A stretch of 43,860 nucleotides of DNA from Verrucomicrobiota bacterium (lineage in GTDB: Bacteria; Verrucomicrobiota; Verrucomicrobiia; Limisphaerales; CAIQOK01), in NCBI GenBank assembly GCA_031423695.1, contig JANPGB010000592.1:1-43860 (forward strand), read 5' to 3'. Position numbers and translations under genes: made by a program. Under the pieces are notes generated by a model. The model was not told the origin of the DNA. It saw only the letters and a program-made list of their open reading frames with translations, and did no database searches. Each line of letters begins with the position of its first letter. The first letter of the stretch is position 1. Positions 27,743 through 37,236 of this stretch are shown here, piece by piece.

Positions 27743-30700
27743 ATGTCCCGAACCAAAATGTTATTGAAGGCCCGCGCCATTTTTTTCGTGGTGGTGGCCT
27801 TCGCGGTTTGCCTGACTGCCAACCCAAGCCAGGCCCAGGCGCCCTCCGCCCCCGCTGCAAACGACTTTGCCAGCCGGCTTGTCGGATTCGCCGGCAAAGT
27901 CGAAGTCACGCTCCCAGCCACCAACGACTGGCGGGCCGCGATCACCAACCAGCTGCTGCATCCCGGCGACCGTCTTCGCACCGTCGCCGACAGCCGCGCC
28001 ACGCTGCTTCTGTCCGACCGCAGCGTCATTCGCGTCAACCAGTCCACGCTGATTGAAATCCAGCCACCGACTCAACCTGCGCGCCGCCGTTTCAGCCTCA
28101 AGCACGGCGCGCTCTACTTTCTGAATCGTGAGAAACCCGCGGCCGTCGAGTTTGAAACCCCGCTCGCCACCGGCGCGATTCGTGGCACGGAATTTGTGCT
28201 CACCGTCGCCGAGTCCGACAACACGACGATGCTCGCGCTGCTCGACGGCGCGGTTCAACTCCGCACCCCCGCTGAGCAACTCAATCTCGCCAGCGGCCAG
28301 CAGGCGCTGGTGCAAGCCGGCCAGCCCGCCAAGCTCACTGCGGTGCTGCCCGCCGCAAATCTCATTCAGTGGTGCTTTTATTATCCCGGCATTCTCAACC
28401 CCGCCGACCTATTGTTCACTGATGCCGAAAAAACTGAGCTGACAAAATCTCTCGCCGCCTACGCGGGCGGTGATTTGCTCGCAGCCCTTGCCGAAGCGCC
28501 CGCAGACATCCTGGCGGGGTCCGCTGCAAGGCAACTTTACTGCGCGGCCCTCAAGCTCGGTGTGGGTCAGGTGGAATCTGCTGAAGTGCTGCTCGCGCCG
28601 TTGACGAATGCACCGCTCGCCACCGCACTCCGCGAACTCATCGCGGCGGTCAAGTTTCAGGAGATCACCACGCCCGGCACGCCCGCGACCAGCAGCGAGT
28701 GGCTCGCCCGTTCCTACTATCTCCAATCGCGTTCACAACTTCCCGCCGCGCTCGCTGCGGCGAAGCGTGCGACCGAACTCACTCCAAGTTTCGGCTTCGC
28801 CTGGGCGCGCGTGGCGGAACTGGAATTTGGTTTCGATGACCGCCGCGGCGCCCGCGCCGCATTGCAGCGCGCGCTTCAGTTGTCGCCCCATCATGCCCAG
28901 GCCGTCGCGCTCGAAGGCTTCCTCGCGCTCGACGAAAATCATCCGCGCGCCGCGCTGGATAAGTTTGATCGCGCGCTTGCGCTCGACGGCGCATTGCCCA
29001 ACGCCTGGCTCGGTCGGGCGCTGGCGCATGAACAACTCGGCGACACTGGAGCCGGCCAGCGTGAACTCCAGACTGCCGCCGCGCTTGAACCGAATCGCGG
29101 ATTGTTTCGCAGCTACCTCGGCAAGGCGTGGAGCCAGTCGGGACTGGACCAGCTGGCGGAAAAGGATTTCGCCCGCGCGCAGGCGCTCGACCCCGCCGAT
29201 CCGACCGCGTGGCTTTATTCCGCATTGCATCGCCACCAGACGCATCAGATCAACGACGCCGTGCGCGACCTGGAACACTCGCGCGAGTTGAACGACAACC
29301 GCAGCGTGTTCCGCTCGCGCCTGCAACTGGACCGCGACCGCGCCGCCCGCAGCGCGGATCTCGCGGGGATTTACGATGCGGCGGGCATAGTCGAAGTCAG
29401 CGAGCGCGCCGCCAGCCGCGCCGTGCAGGATTCCTATTCTGATTTTGCCGGGCACCTGTTTCTCGCCCAAAGCCTGGAAGGCCGCGAAGATCCGCACCGG
29501 TTTGATCTGCGTTTTGAAACGGCGCGGGAAAGCGAGCTGCTCCTCGCGAACCTGCTCGCGCCGCCGGGCGGCGGCAATCTCTCGCAACTGCTCCCGCAGC
29601 AGGACCACCTCCAATACTTCGACAGGCGCCCGATTGGATTCAGCTCGTTGACTGAATACCGCAGCGGCGGGGACTGGAGCCAATCCGCCACGGTCTTCGG
29701 CCATGCCAAAGGCTTCAGCTACGCGCTCGACACGCAATACGTTTCCGAAAACGGCCAGGGTCCAAACCGCGATCTGGAGGCCCGCCAGTTTTCCTTCCAA
29801 GCCAAACAGCAGATAACGCCCAACGACAGCGCCTACTTTCAGGCGAGTGATTTTCGCGGCGAGAGCGGCGATGTGGCACAGCATTACGATCCGGCGAAGG
29901 TCATCGCCGGCCTGCGGGCCAGGGAGAAGCAGAGTCCGAATTTGTTCCTTGGCTGGCACCACGAATGGTCGCCAGGCAGCCACACTTTGCTGTTGTTCGC
30001 GCGGCTGACCGACCGGCTCGCTTTGACCAATCCACAACCGAGCGTGCTCTTCATGCGGCAGAACGGGACCGCCCTCACCAGCGTGCAACCCGACCCATTC
30101 TTCACGTTGCAACAGGAGAGCAAATTCACGCTTTATTCCGCCGAGGCGCAGCAGATCTGGGAATCCTCCCGGCACGCGCTCATTATCGGCGGCCGCTATC
30201 AACAGGGTTCGGTGGACACGCATTCGACGCTGACCCGCATTTTTGGCGCTACGGAAGATCAAACCGTTTCGCCGTCCCTGGAACGTCTTAATGGCTACGG
30301 CTACTACCAATGGCGGCCCGACGCCGCCTTCCACCTGACGGCCGGCCTGAGCTACGACGAGATTGCGTTCCCGCGAAATGTGGATCTCCCGCCGATTCGC
30401 GGCGAGGAGGAACGCCGCTCGCTGTTTGGCCCGAAGGTGGGCTTCACCTTGCGGCCATGGCGCGATGGCTGGCTGCGCGGCTCGTGGACCCGATCGCTCG
30501 GCGGACTTTATTTCGACAACAGCATCCGGCTGGAGCCCGCGCAGGTGGCCGGCTCCACCAGCGCATTTCGCAGTCTGCTTCCCGAATCCACCGAAGGCCT
30601 CGTGCCCGGTTCGCAGATCGAGACTTGGACGCTGGGTTTCGACCAGTCGTTGCCAAGTGCAACGTATTTTGGCCTCGGCGCAGAGCTTCTCAAATCCGAC

Positions 30701-31240
30701 GGCGCGCGCGACGTGGGCGCGTTCACGAACTCCATTGCCTTCATTCCCGTGCCCGACGGGCCGGCAGCGACACGGCAGACGCTCAACTTTGAGGAGCTGA
30801 GTTATTCAGCCTACGTGAACCAGCTCATCGGCCGATGCTGGTCCGCCGGCGCGCGCTATCGCGTCAGTCAGGCGGAACTCACCGGACGTTTCCCGGAACT
30901 GGCGGGCGTCGCCGGAGTCAACGCTTTGAATCAGGACGAACGCTCGGTGCTGCATCAGGCGCAGATCTTCCTGCTGTTCAACCATCCGAGCGGCGTCTTC
31001 GGCGGCTGGTCCTCGTCGTGGTACCGACAGAGCAATGTGGGCTACACGCCGGATCGTCCCGGTGACAACTTCTGGCAGCATGACATTTTCGCCGGGTACC
31101 GCTTTCCGCACCGGCACGCGGAAATCCGGCTCGGCGTGCTGAACCTGACCGACCAAGACTGCCAGCTGAACGAGTTGAACCTGCATTCCGAACTCGCACG
31201 GCACCGCACCTTCACCGCGTCGTTGCGGCTGAACTTTTAA
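27743..31240 (+). CDS. Secreted fusion protein: FecR-like domain + TPR repeats + C-terminal outer-membrane beta-barrel (TonB-receptor-like C-terminus)
   Basis: 1165 aa with signal peptide AIFFVVVAFAVCLTANPSQAQA. The FecR-like region is GKVEVTLPATNDWRAAI...GDRLRTVADSRATLLLSDRSVIRVNQSTLIEI...TPLATGAIRGTEF. TPR-like helical repeats span roughly residues 300-560. The C-terminal half has alternating beta-strand patterns and ends LGVLNLTDQDCQLN...FTASLRLNF, an OMP-style terminal Phe. Confidence 0.85.
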   Translation: MSRTKMLLKARAIFFVVVAFAVCLTANPSQAQAPSAPAANDFASRLVGFAGKVEVTLPATNDWRAAITNQLLHPGDRLRTVADSRATLLLSDRSVIRVNQSTLIEIQPPTQPARRRFSLKHGALYFLNREKPAAVEFETPLATGAIRGTEFVLTVAESDNTTMLALLDGAVQLRTPAEQLNLASGQQALVQAGQPAKLTAVLPAANLIQWCFYYPGILNPADLLFTDAEKTELTKSLAAYAGGDLLAALAEAPADILAGSAARQLYCAALKLGVGQVESAEVLLAPLTNAPLATALRELIAAVKFQEITTPGTPATSSEWLARSYYLQSRSQLPAALAAAKRATELTPSFGFAWARVAELEFGFDDRRGARAALQRALQLSPHHAQAVALEGFLALDENHPRAALDKFDRALALDGALPNAWLGRALAHEQLGDTGAGQRELQTAAALEPNRGLFRSYLGKAWSQSGLDQLAEKDFARAQALDPADPTAWLYSALHRHQTHQINDAVRDLEHSRELNDNRSVFRSRLQLDRDRAARSADLAGIYDAAGIVEVSERAASRAVQDSYSDFAGHLFLAQSLEGREDPHRFDLRFETARESELLLANLLAPPGGGNLSQLLPQQDHLQYFDRRPIGFSSLTEYRSGGDWSQSATVFGHAKGFSYALDTQYVSENGQGPNRDLEARQFSFQAKQQITPNDSAYFQASDFRGESGDVAQHYDPAKVIAGLRAREKQSPNLFLGWHHEWSPGSHTLLLFARLTDRLALTNPQPSVLFMRQNGTALTSVQPDPFFTLQQESKFTLYSAEAQQIWESSRHALIIGGRYQQGSVDTHSTLTRIFGATEDQTVSPSLERLNGYGYYQWRPDAAFHLTAGLSYDEIAFPRNVDLPPIRGEEERRSLFGPKVGFTLRPWRDGWLRGSWTRSLGGLYFDNSIRLEPAQVAGSTSAFRSLLPESTEGLVPGSQIETWTLGFDQSLPSATYFGLGAELLKSDGARDVGAFTNSIAFIPVPDGPAATRQTLNFEELSYSAYVNQLIGRCWSAGARYRVSQAELTGRFPELAGVAGVNALNQDERSVLHQAQIFLLFNHPSGVFGGWSSSWYRQSNVGYTPDRPGDNFWQHDIFAGYRFPHRHAEIRLGVLNLTDQDCQLNELNLHSELARHRTFTASLRLNF

Positions 31241-31292
31241 ACCCATGCGCCTGCTCGCCACACAACCGGGCCTCGGCCTATAATCTCCCCGC

Positions 31293-33998
31293 GTGCCGAG
31301 CCGACTCGAATCAAAACATCCGCGCAGCCTGACCTTGGCAGGCCTCATCGTTGTGCTGGCGCTCGTGAGCGGGTGGCTGCTCCTGCCGGAGTCGCGACCG
31401 GGCGAGGTCCTCGCACGCGCGAGTTACGACTGGTCACAATCCTTCCTCCCACCCGTCCCGCTGAGCAACTCTCCGGTGGTCCTGGTTTATCTCGACCTTG
31501 ATTCACACCTCCGCGAAAAACAAAATCCCGCCGAACCCTGGAGTCGCGCCCTGCACGCGCGACTAGTTCGCCGGCTCACCGAGGCGGGGGCCAGGGCCAT
31601 CGGGTTCGACATCATCTTCGCCGGGCCGAGCGCGGACCTGGCGGCGGATCGGGAGTTGGCCGAGGCCATTCACGCCAACGGCCGCGTCGTTCTCGCCGCC
31701 GAAATCAACCGCTCCAGCCGCGGCACCGCGCAAGTGGAAGGCATCAAGTCGCTGCAGCTCTCCATGCCCGCAAAAACCTTCCTCGACGCCGCCGCCGCGT
31801 GGGGCGTGGCCAACGCGCGCGTGGACGACGACTTCATTGTGCGGCGGCATTTCCACGGTTTTCCTGAACAGCACCAGCCCAGTCTCACGCTGGCAACGGC
31901 GCAATTGATCGGCTTGCCGCTCGCGTTGGCCGACACCGATCTGCTGCCGGCAAAATGGCTTCGTTACTACGGCCGGGCGCTGGCGTTGCCACACGTCAGT
32001 TACAGCAGCGCCCTCCATCGCGACGAGGTGAAAGATGAATTCTTCCGCGACAAGATAGTCTTGGTCGGCGCGCGACCGATGGCCGGGACATTTGGGGAGC
32101 GCAAAGATGAATTTCGCAATCCGCTGTCGGCGTGGGGCGACCAGGAACTCTTCATGCCCGCCGTGGAAGTTCACGCCACGCAACTGCTCAACCTGATGCA
32201 CGGAGACTCGCTGCGTCGCCTGCCGCCACTGGCGGAGTTGTTGATGCTCGCGCTGACGGCGGGGCTGTTTGGCTGGCTGCTGTATCGTTTCCGGCCCTTC
32301 CCGGCGGCGGGAATGGCGTTGGCGGGCGAAGTCGTGGTTTTCGCCGTCGTTGCATTTGCGCTGCCGGCGCAACGGGTTTGGTTTCCGTGGCTGATCGTCA
32401 GCGCGGTGCAAATCCCCATCGCGCTTGCGGCCTCGGTGCTTTACCAATCGCTCGAATGGTATCGGCAGAAACGGCGGCTCGAGGCGCAACGCCGCGCCGA
32501 CGAGGTGAAGATTCGCGAGCAAGCCGCGCTCATCGAAAAGGCGCAGGACGCCATTCTGGTTCAGGATTTGCAGGGCCAAATCAACTATGCCAATCCAAGC
32601 GCGGAAAAGCTTTTCGGCTGGAGCGCCAGCGAGCTTCAGCAGGAGGGAGCGGCGCGGCGGCTGTTCGCTCCGAGTCACAAACAGTTTGCCGAGGCGATCC
32701 AAGCCACCCACGCCACCGGCGAATGGCAGGGTGAATTGCGGCCGTCCACGCGCGCCGGCCGCACGCTCATCGTGGAAAGCCGCGGCACGCTCATCAAAGA
32801 CGAATGCGGCCGGGCGATTTCCGTGCTGCTCATCAACACCGATGTCACCGAGCGGAGACAGCTCGAAGCCGAATCGCTCCGGGCGCAGCGCCTGGAAAGC
32901 ATCGGCGCGCTGGCCGGCGGGATGGCGCATGATTTGAACAATGCGCTGTCGCCGATTTTGATGGGCCTGCAACTGTTGCAGAAGGAGCGGCAGGACGAAG
33001 AGACGCGGCGCATGCTGGCGGTAATGGAGTCCAACACGCACCGCGGCGCGGATATGGTCAAGCAGGTGTTGCTCTTTGCGCGCGGACGCGACGGCGAGAA
33101 AGAACCGCTCGCCCTCGGCAGCCTGGTCCACGAAATGGAGCGCATCGTGCGGCAGACGTTTCCGAAAGCGATCAACGTCGCCGCACTTGTGCCCGCCGAC
33201 CTCTGGCCCGTGCTCGGCAACGCGACGCAACTGCATCAGGTATTGCTCAACCTTTGCGTCAACGCCCGCGATGCGATGCCGCGCGGCGGTGAACTCACCC
33301 TGGCCGCCGATAACGTCGAACTGACACCCGCCGAGGCCACGGGGATTCCGCAGGGCGCGCCCGGACGCTATGTCATGCTGCTCGTGTCGGACACGGGGAA
33401 CGGGATTGCGCCGGAAGTTATGCCGCGCATCTTCGAGCCGTTCTTCACGACGAAACCGGTCGGTGAGGGAACGGGCCTCGGCCTTTCGACCAGCGCGCGG
33501 ATTGTCAGCCAGCACGGCGGTTTCATGAATGTGAAAAGCGAGCCGGGCCGCGGCGCGACCTTCGAGCTTTACCTGCCATGCGCCACGATTGCGCCGACGC
33601 CGGAAACTCAACGTGCGAGTTTTGCCGAAGCACCGCGTGGCGGCGGCGAGATGATACTGCTGGTGGACGACGAACAGGCGCTCCGAGAAATGATTTCCCG
33701 CACGCTCACGGACCAGGGTTATCAAGTCACCACGGCAACTCACGGCGCGGAAGCGCTGCTGCACTTGAACCACTCAGGGGACTCCGTCCAACTGGTGCTG
33801 CTGGATCAGGAAATGCCCGTGATGGACGGCCGCGCAACCTTGACCGCCCTCCGCACCCGCTGGCCAAAGCTCCCCGTCATTCTGATGAGTGGTAAAATCG
33901 GGCCGGAAGCATTGCCGCACACCACCACGCTGGGAAAACCGTTTCAACTCCATCAACTGCTGCAAGCGGTCGCCGCCCAGTGCCACGTCGGCAAATAG
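31293..33998 (+). CDS. CHASE2-domain hybrid sensor histidine kinase (TM-CHASE2-3TM-PAS-HisKA-HATPase-REC)
   Basis: GTG start with an N-terminal TM helix (LTLAGLIVVLALVSGWLLL). The periplasmic CHASE2-like region is VVLVYLDLDS...IGFDIIFAGPS...IVLVGA, followed by three TM helices. PAS is AQDAILVQDLQGQINYANPSAEKLFGW, and the NtrB-type H-box is GMAHDLNNALSPI. It also has LLNLCVNARDAM and GEGTGLGLS, and a C-terminal REC (ILLVDDE...LVLLDQEMPVMDG). Confidence 0.9.
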   Translation: MPSRLESKHPRSLTLAGLIVVLALVSGWLLLPESRPGEVLARASYDWSQSFLPPVPLSNSPVVLVYLDLDSHLREKQNPAEPWSRALHARLVRRLTEAGARAIGFDIIFAGPSADLAADRELAEAIHANGRVVLAAEINRSSRGTAQVEGIKSLQLSMPAKTFLDAAAAWGVANARVDDDFIVRRHFHGFPEQHQPSLTLATAQLIGLPLALADTDLLPAKWLRYYGRALALPHVSYSSALHRDEVKDEFFRDKIVLVGARPMAGTFGERKDEFRNPLSAWGDQELFMPAVEVHATQLLNLMHGDSLRRLPPLAELLMLALTAGLFGWLLYRFRPFPAAGMALAGEVVVFAVVAFALPAQRVWFPWLIVSAVQIPIALAASVLYQSLEWYRQKRRLEAQRRADEVKIREQAALIEKAQDAILVQDLQGQINYANPSAEKLFGWSASELQQEGAARRLFAPSHKQFAEAIQATHATGEWQGELRPSTRAGRTLIVESRGTLIKDECGRAISVLLINTDVTERRQLEAESLRAQRLESIGALAGGMAHDLNNALSPILMGLQLLQKERQDEETRRMLAVMESNTHRGADMVKQVLLFARGRDGEKEPLALGSLVHEMERIVRQTFPKAINVAALVPADLWPVLGNATQLHQVLLNLCVNARDAMPRGGELTLAADNVELTPAEATGIPQGAPGRYVMLLVSDTGNGIAPEVMPRIFEPFFTTKPVGEGTGLGLSTSARIVSQHGGFMNVKSEPGRGATFELYLPCATIAPTPETQRASFAEAPRGGGEMILLVDDEQALREMISRTLTDQGYQVTTATHGAEALLHLNHSGDSVQLVLLDQEMPVMDGRATLTALRTRWPKLPVILMSGKIGPEALPHTTTLGKPFQLHQLLQAVAAQCHVGK

Positions 33999-34007
33999 TT
34001 TCCGCCG

Positions 34008-35243
34008 CTATTGGGCATCCTTGTAGGCATGATCGGCGGCGATGTCTTCCCCGGCCCAGATTCGTTTCTGCGTCCACGGTTCCCCAGGCGCGGTCCAGAA
34101 CGGATCATTCGCCGGCAGACCCAGGTGAACCAATCCCGTCAGACAAAGGTAGAGGCTGCCGGTGGCGATGTAGGGTTCGCGGATGGACTGCTGGCGGCCC
34201 ACAGCGCCCACTTGCAACCAACCTTGGCCGTCAAACATTCCCGGCGCTTCGGCCATGCGCCGAATCACTGCCGTCAGCGCGCACCGGACGGCAGCGGGTT
34301 TGAGGTCGGCGGACAGGTCGTGGTGCAGCGCCATGTCCGCCAGGTGTTGCAGCGCGCCGAAGCGATAGGCGCTGGAACGGCCGATCACCGGAAAAGTTCC
34401 TTCCGGCGAAATCAACCGCTCCTGCACTTGCCCATAGCGTCGCGCGCGCGCGACAATTTTCGGACGCAGTTCGCCGAGCGGATCCTTTTTTTCGGCGCAG
34501 ACGCGCACGACTTCGAGCAGCATCGGCTGGATCACGTAGCTGTTGTAGTAATCCCAATGCAGTTCCGGGCCATCGCCGTAAGTGCCGTCGCCGAGATACC
34601 ACTGCATGTGTCGGTTGATGGCATATTGCACTGGCTTCAGCTCGCATTCGCCGGTGAACTGCCAGAGCGCGGCCTCGACGGTAGCGGAAAACAGGAGCCA
34701 GTTGTTTTCACCCGGCTTGAGCACACGCGAGGCCTTCAGCGCCGCGACGACGTTGCTGCGCTGCGGGGCATCCAGTCTTCCCCAGAGCTGGGTCGGGGCG
34801 CGCAACAGTCCCAGCGCCAGAAACGCGGTGTCCACGAGCGGCTGGCCGCCTTGGGTGAAATTCATGAAATCCGGCGACTTCGGATCGGTGGCGTGGATCA
34901 GCGATTTGACGGCGAGGTCAATGAACCGGGCGCGCAGCCGGCCCTCGGCGCTTTCATCCGGGCCAAGTTCCAGCCACGGCGCGATGCCGGCGAGCGTTCG
35001 ACCGAAGGCTTCAAGCTGACTGTAGTTCGTGCGGGCGCGTTCCCAATCATGGTGGGGAAACCGCTCGCGGAGTTTGCCCTCGGCCAGCGCGGTGAGCACC
35101 GGCTCTGCCACGCGGGTGAGCGTCCTCACGGAATAGGCGCGATCTTCGGCGCCGGTGGAGATTTCCGCGCCGGCGGCGCTCCGGACAACCAGCGCAGACA
35201 GGGCGAGTGCGAATGTGGATGCGCGAAAAATTTTGCAAATCAT
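34008..35243 (-). CDS. Secreted DUF2264-like protein (probable alpha/alpha-barrel glycan-processing enzyme)
   Basis: Signal peptide from ATG 35243 (MICKIFRASTFALALSALVVRSAAGAE). Motifs I associate with DUF2264 are NNWLLFSATVEAAL and YLGDGTYGDGPELHWDYYNSYVIQPML. The family call is from memory and unverified. Confidence 0.6.
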   Translation of the reverse strand: MICKIFRASTFALALSALVVRSAAGAEISTGAEDRAYSVRTLTRVAEPVLTALAEGKLRERFPHHDWERARTNYSQLEAFGRTLAGIAPWLELGPDESAEGRLRARFIDLAVKSLIHATDPKSPDFMNFTQGGQPLVDTAFLALGLLRAPTQLWGRLDAPQRSNVVAALKASRVLKPGENNWLLFSATVEAALWQFTGECELKPVQYAINRHMQWYLGDGTYGDGPELHWDYYNSYVIQPMLLEVVRVCAEKKDPLGELRPKIVARARRYGQVQERLISPEGTFPVIGRSSAYRFGALQHLADMALHHDLSADLKPAAVRCALTAVIRRMAEAPGMFDGQGWLQVGAVGRQQSIREPYIATGSLYLCLTGLVHLGLPANDPFWTAPGEPWTQKRIWAGEDIAADHAYKDAQ

Positions 35244-35334
35244 GACAAGTGAAGATTTCAAGAGGCCCGCCGGGCTGCCAGCTTAAAATCGCGCAGGCCG
35301 GGCGAAAGCTTGGGGACTCAAGCCGGACGTAACC

Positions 35335-36006
35335 TTACCAAGGACGCGCGCGGTCGGGCCGCGGCTTGGGAGCAGCTTCCCCGTCCAGCGGGGATTGTCC
35401 GGGCGCGATGCCGGCGGCGAGCAAGGCCGCGGTGACCACTCCGAGCAGCTCATTCCGGCCTCTCCGGGTTGTCGCCGAACAGGTGAAGATCTCCGGCAAC
35501 GGCTGACACCATTCGGAGATGCCTGCCTTGAACGCCTCGATGTTTGCCTGAACCTTGCTCGGCTTCGCCTTGTCGGTCTTGGTGAAGACGAGGACGAACG
35601 GGATGGCGTTGACCGCGAGCCATTGGACGAACTCCAAATCGATTTTCTGCGGCGGCAAGGAAGAATCGATGAGGGCGAAGACGCGGCTGAGATTCGGACG
35701 GTGCTGAAGGTAATCGGCCACCGCCTCGTTGAACTGGGCCATGTCCTTGCGCGCCACATGGGCGTATCCGTAGCCCGGCAAATCCACCAATCGCCAGGTC
35801 TTGTTCATCTTGAAGATGTTGATCAGCTTGGTGAAGCCCGGCGTCGTGGAAACCCGCGCCAGGCCCGCCTTGCCGGAAAGCATGTTCAGCAGCGAGGACT
35901 TCCCGACGTTGGATCGGCCGATGAAGGCGAATTCCGGCAGCGACTCGTCCGGACACGAATCCAGATCCGGCGCGCTGCAATCAAAAATGGCGGAGGTAAT
36001 GTGCAT
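35335..36006 (-). CDS. engB: Ribosome-biogenesis GTPase EngB/YihA/YsxC
   Basis: PEFAFIGRSNVGKSSLLN (G1), TPGFT (G2), DLPGYGYA (G3) and TKTDK (G4), with full-length colinearity to EngB plus a short Pro/Ala-rich C-terminal tail. Confidence 0.9.
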   Translation of the reverse strand: MHITSAIFDCSAPDLDSCPDESLPEFAFIGRSNVGKSSLLNMLSGKAGLARVSTTPGFTKLINIFKMNKTWRLVDLPGYGYAHVARKDMAQFNEAVADYLQHRPNLSRVFALIDSSLPPQKIDLEFVQWLAVNAIPFVLVFTKTDKAKPSKVQANIEAFKAGISEWCQPLPEIFTCSATTRRGRNELLGVVTAALLAAGIAPGQSPLDGEAAPKPRPDRARPW

Positions 36007-36178
36007 AAACGGAAATCAACGCACGACTGTCGCAGCAAATCGGCCCTACTGATACACCTATTTTTAGAATTATCCCAGCGCCAGCGCCAACTACCAGGAA
36101 CGCTGATTTGGAGCCGGGAAGGAATTCGCGGGTCGGTGAAAACGCTAAGCGTGGGTTGAGTTTGAGCGCGGATGGAGA

Positions 36179-36922
36179 TTATTCGACCGTCACCTTTGCC
36201 TCCTCGATCAACACGCCGTATTTGTAGTTGGAACCGAAATCCTTGTTTATCCCGACCATGCCTTCGATTAGAACCGTGTCGCCGGGCTTGGCCGTGCCGG
36301 TGGTGGTGACGAGCAGATCATTGCTGCCAGTGCTCCCGGTGCCGTCCTGAATGTGCAGCCAGTTCTTGCCCAGGATATCGGCGTTATATTTCACCACCTT
36401 GCCACGGATCGTGACGGACTTGCCACCCAGTTTAGCCTTGGCAGCATAGATTTCCGCAACCGTTTTCCCACCCTTGGCTGGCTTGAGTCCGGCAAAATCA
36501 TTTTTTGACGCCGCTACTTTTTCTGCCAGCGGGGGATGATTTGGAGGAAGTTCCTTACCCGGCACTCCGCCGAGGGCGGGATGTCCGGGGGGCAGTTTCG
36601 CCGCATTGGGATTCGTGCCGTTTACTGTGAGGCTCCCGACGAAAGAGATCACCGGAAAATCCCGGTTCAACGACTTGCTTTGAAAATTAGTCATTGGCAT
36701 CGAGTCGGCGACCGCCACTCTATCTCCCGGCTTTACTGGAAACAGCGTTGCTGCCGCCCAGATCTTGTTGGTGCCGGTGTCCACAAGTATATAGGTATAA
36801 CCGCCGGCATCCATCGTCTCCGCCACCTTGCCGGAAAAACCACCCTGCCCGGAAGCTGACGGGCAACATGCCAGAGACCCGGCAAACAGGAGCGATACAA
36901 CCACCGAGGCGATAGGTTTCAT
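36179..36922 (-). CDS. Secreted hypothetical protein with two OB/beta-barrel-like halves joined by a His/Pro-rich linker
   Basis: 247 aa with a signal peptide (ASVVVSLLFAGSLA). The first half is GKVAETMDAGGYTYILVDTG.NKIWAAA...PGDRV; the second is GKSVTIRGKVVKYNADILGKNWLHIQDG...PGDTVLIEG. The linker carries LPPGHPAL and LPPNHPPL (36527-36595). Confidence 0.6.
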   Translation of the reverse strand: MKPIASVVVSLLFAGSLACCPSASGQGGFSGKVAETMDAGGYTYILVDTGTNKIWAAATLFPVKPGDRVAVADSMPMTNFQSKSLNRDFPVISFVGSLTVNGTNPNAAKLPPGHPALGGVPGKELPPNHPPLAEKVAASKNDFAGLKPAKGGKTVAEIYAAKAKLGGKSVTIRGKVVKYNADILGKNWLHIQDGTGSTGSNDLLVTTTGTAKPGDTVLIEGMVGINKDFGSNYKYGVLIEEAKVTVE

Positions 36923-37236
36923 AATAAAATTAAACGATTGCCCAAAGTTTGATCCTTCCCCGGCACGAAATCAACAACCGAGCGGGGAACGAAACATCAA
37001 TTAAAGCAGCGAAGCCGGGCAATCCGGATTCAACCTTTGACAAAATCGGGGGAGACAGAGAACCACCATTCGCCCGAAGCAGACAGTTCACTGCCACAGC
37101 GCAGGTTGGTTCAGGTCTGCCCCAGAAACCGGCCAGCAATCTTGGTGAGGTTGAAAAAAATCCCGGGAGCATTCCTTGATACCCTCCGTCCAACGACGCG
37201 TGACTCGGTGCAACCACAAATAACGAAAGACAAAAT

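Noticed and set aside
31563-33773. Very long antisense ORFs opposite real genes. Examples: 736 aa at 31563-33773(-), 533 aa at 28733-30334(-), 535 aa at 26028-27635(-), 413 aa at 34011-35252(+), 400 aa at 37258-38460(-), 393 aa at 18022-19203(-), 351 aa at 40742-41797(-), and 347/318 aa at 13863-16163(+).
   Set aside because: Each lies fully inside a gene on the other strand that has clear family motifs. Their translations are Arg/Gly/Ala/Pro/His-rich low-complexity strings with no recognisable domains. High GC3 in the true frame suppresses stop codons on the complementary strand, so these are shadow ORFs.
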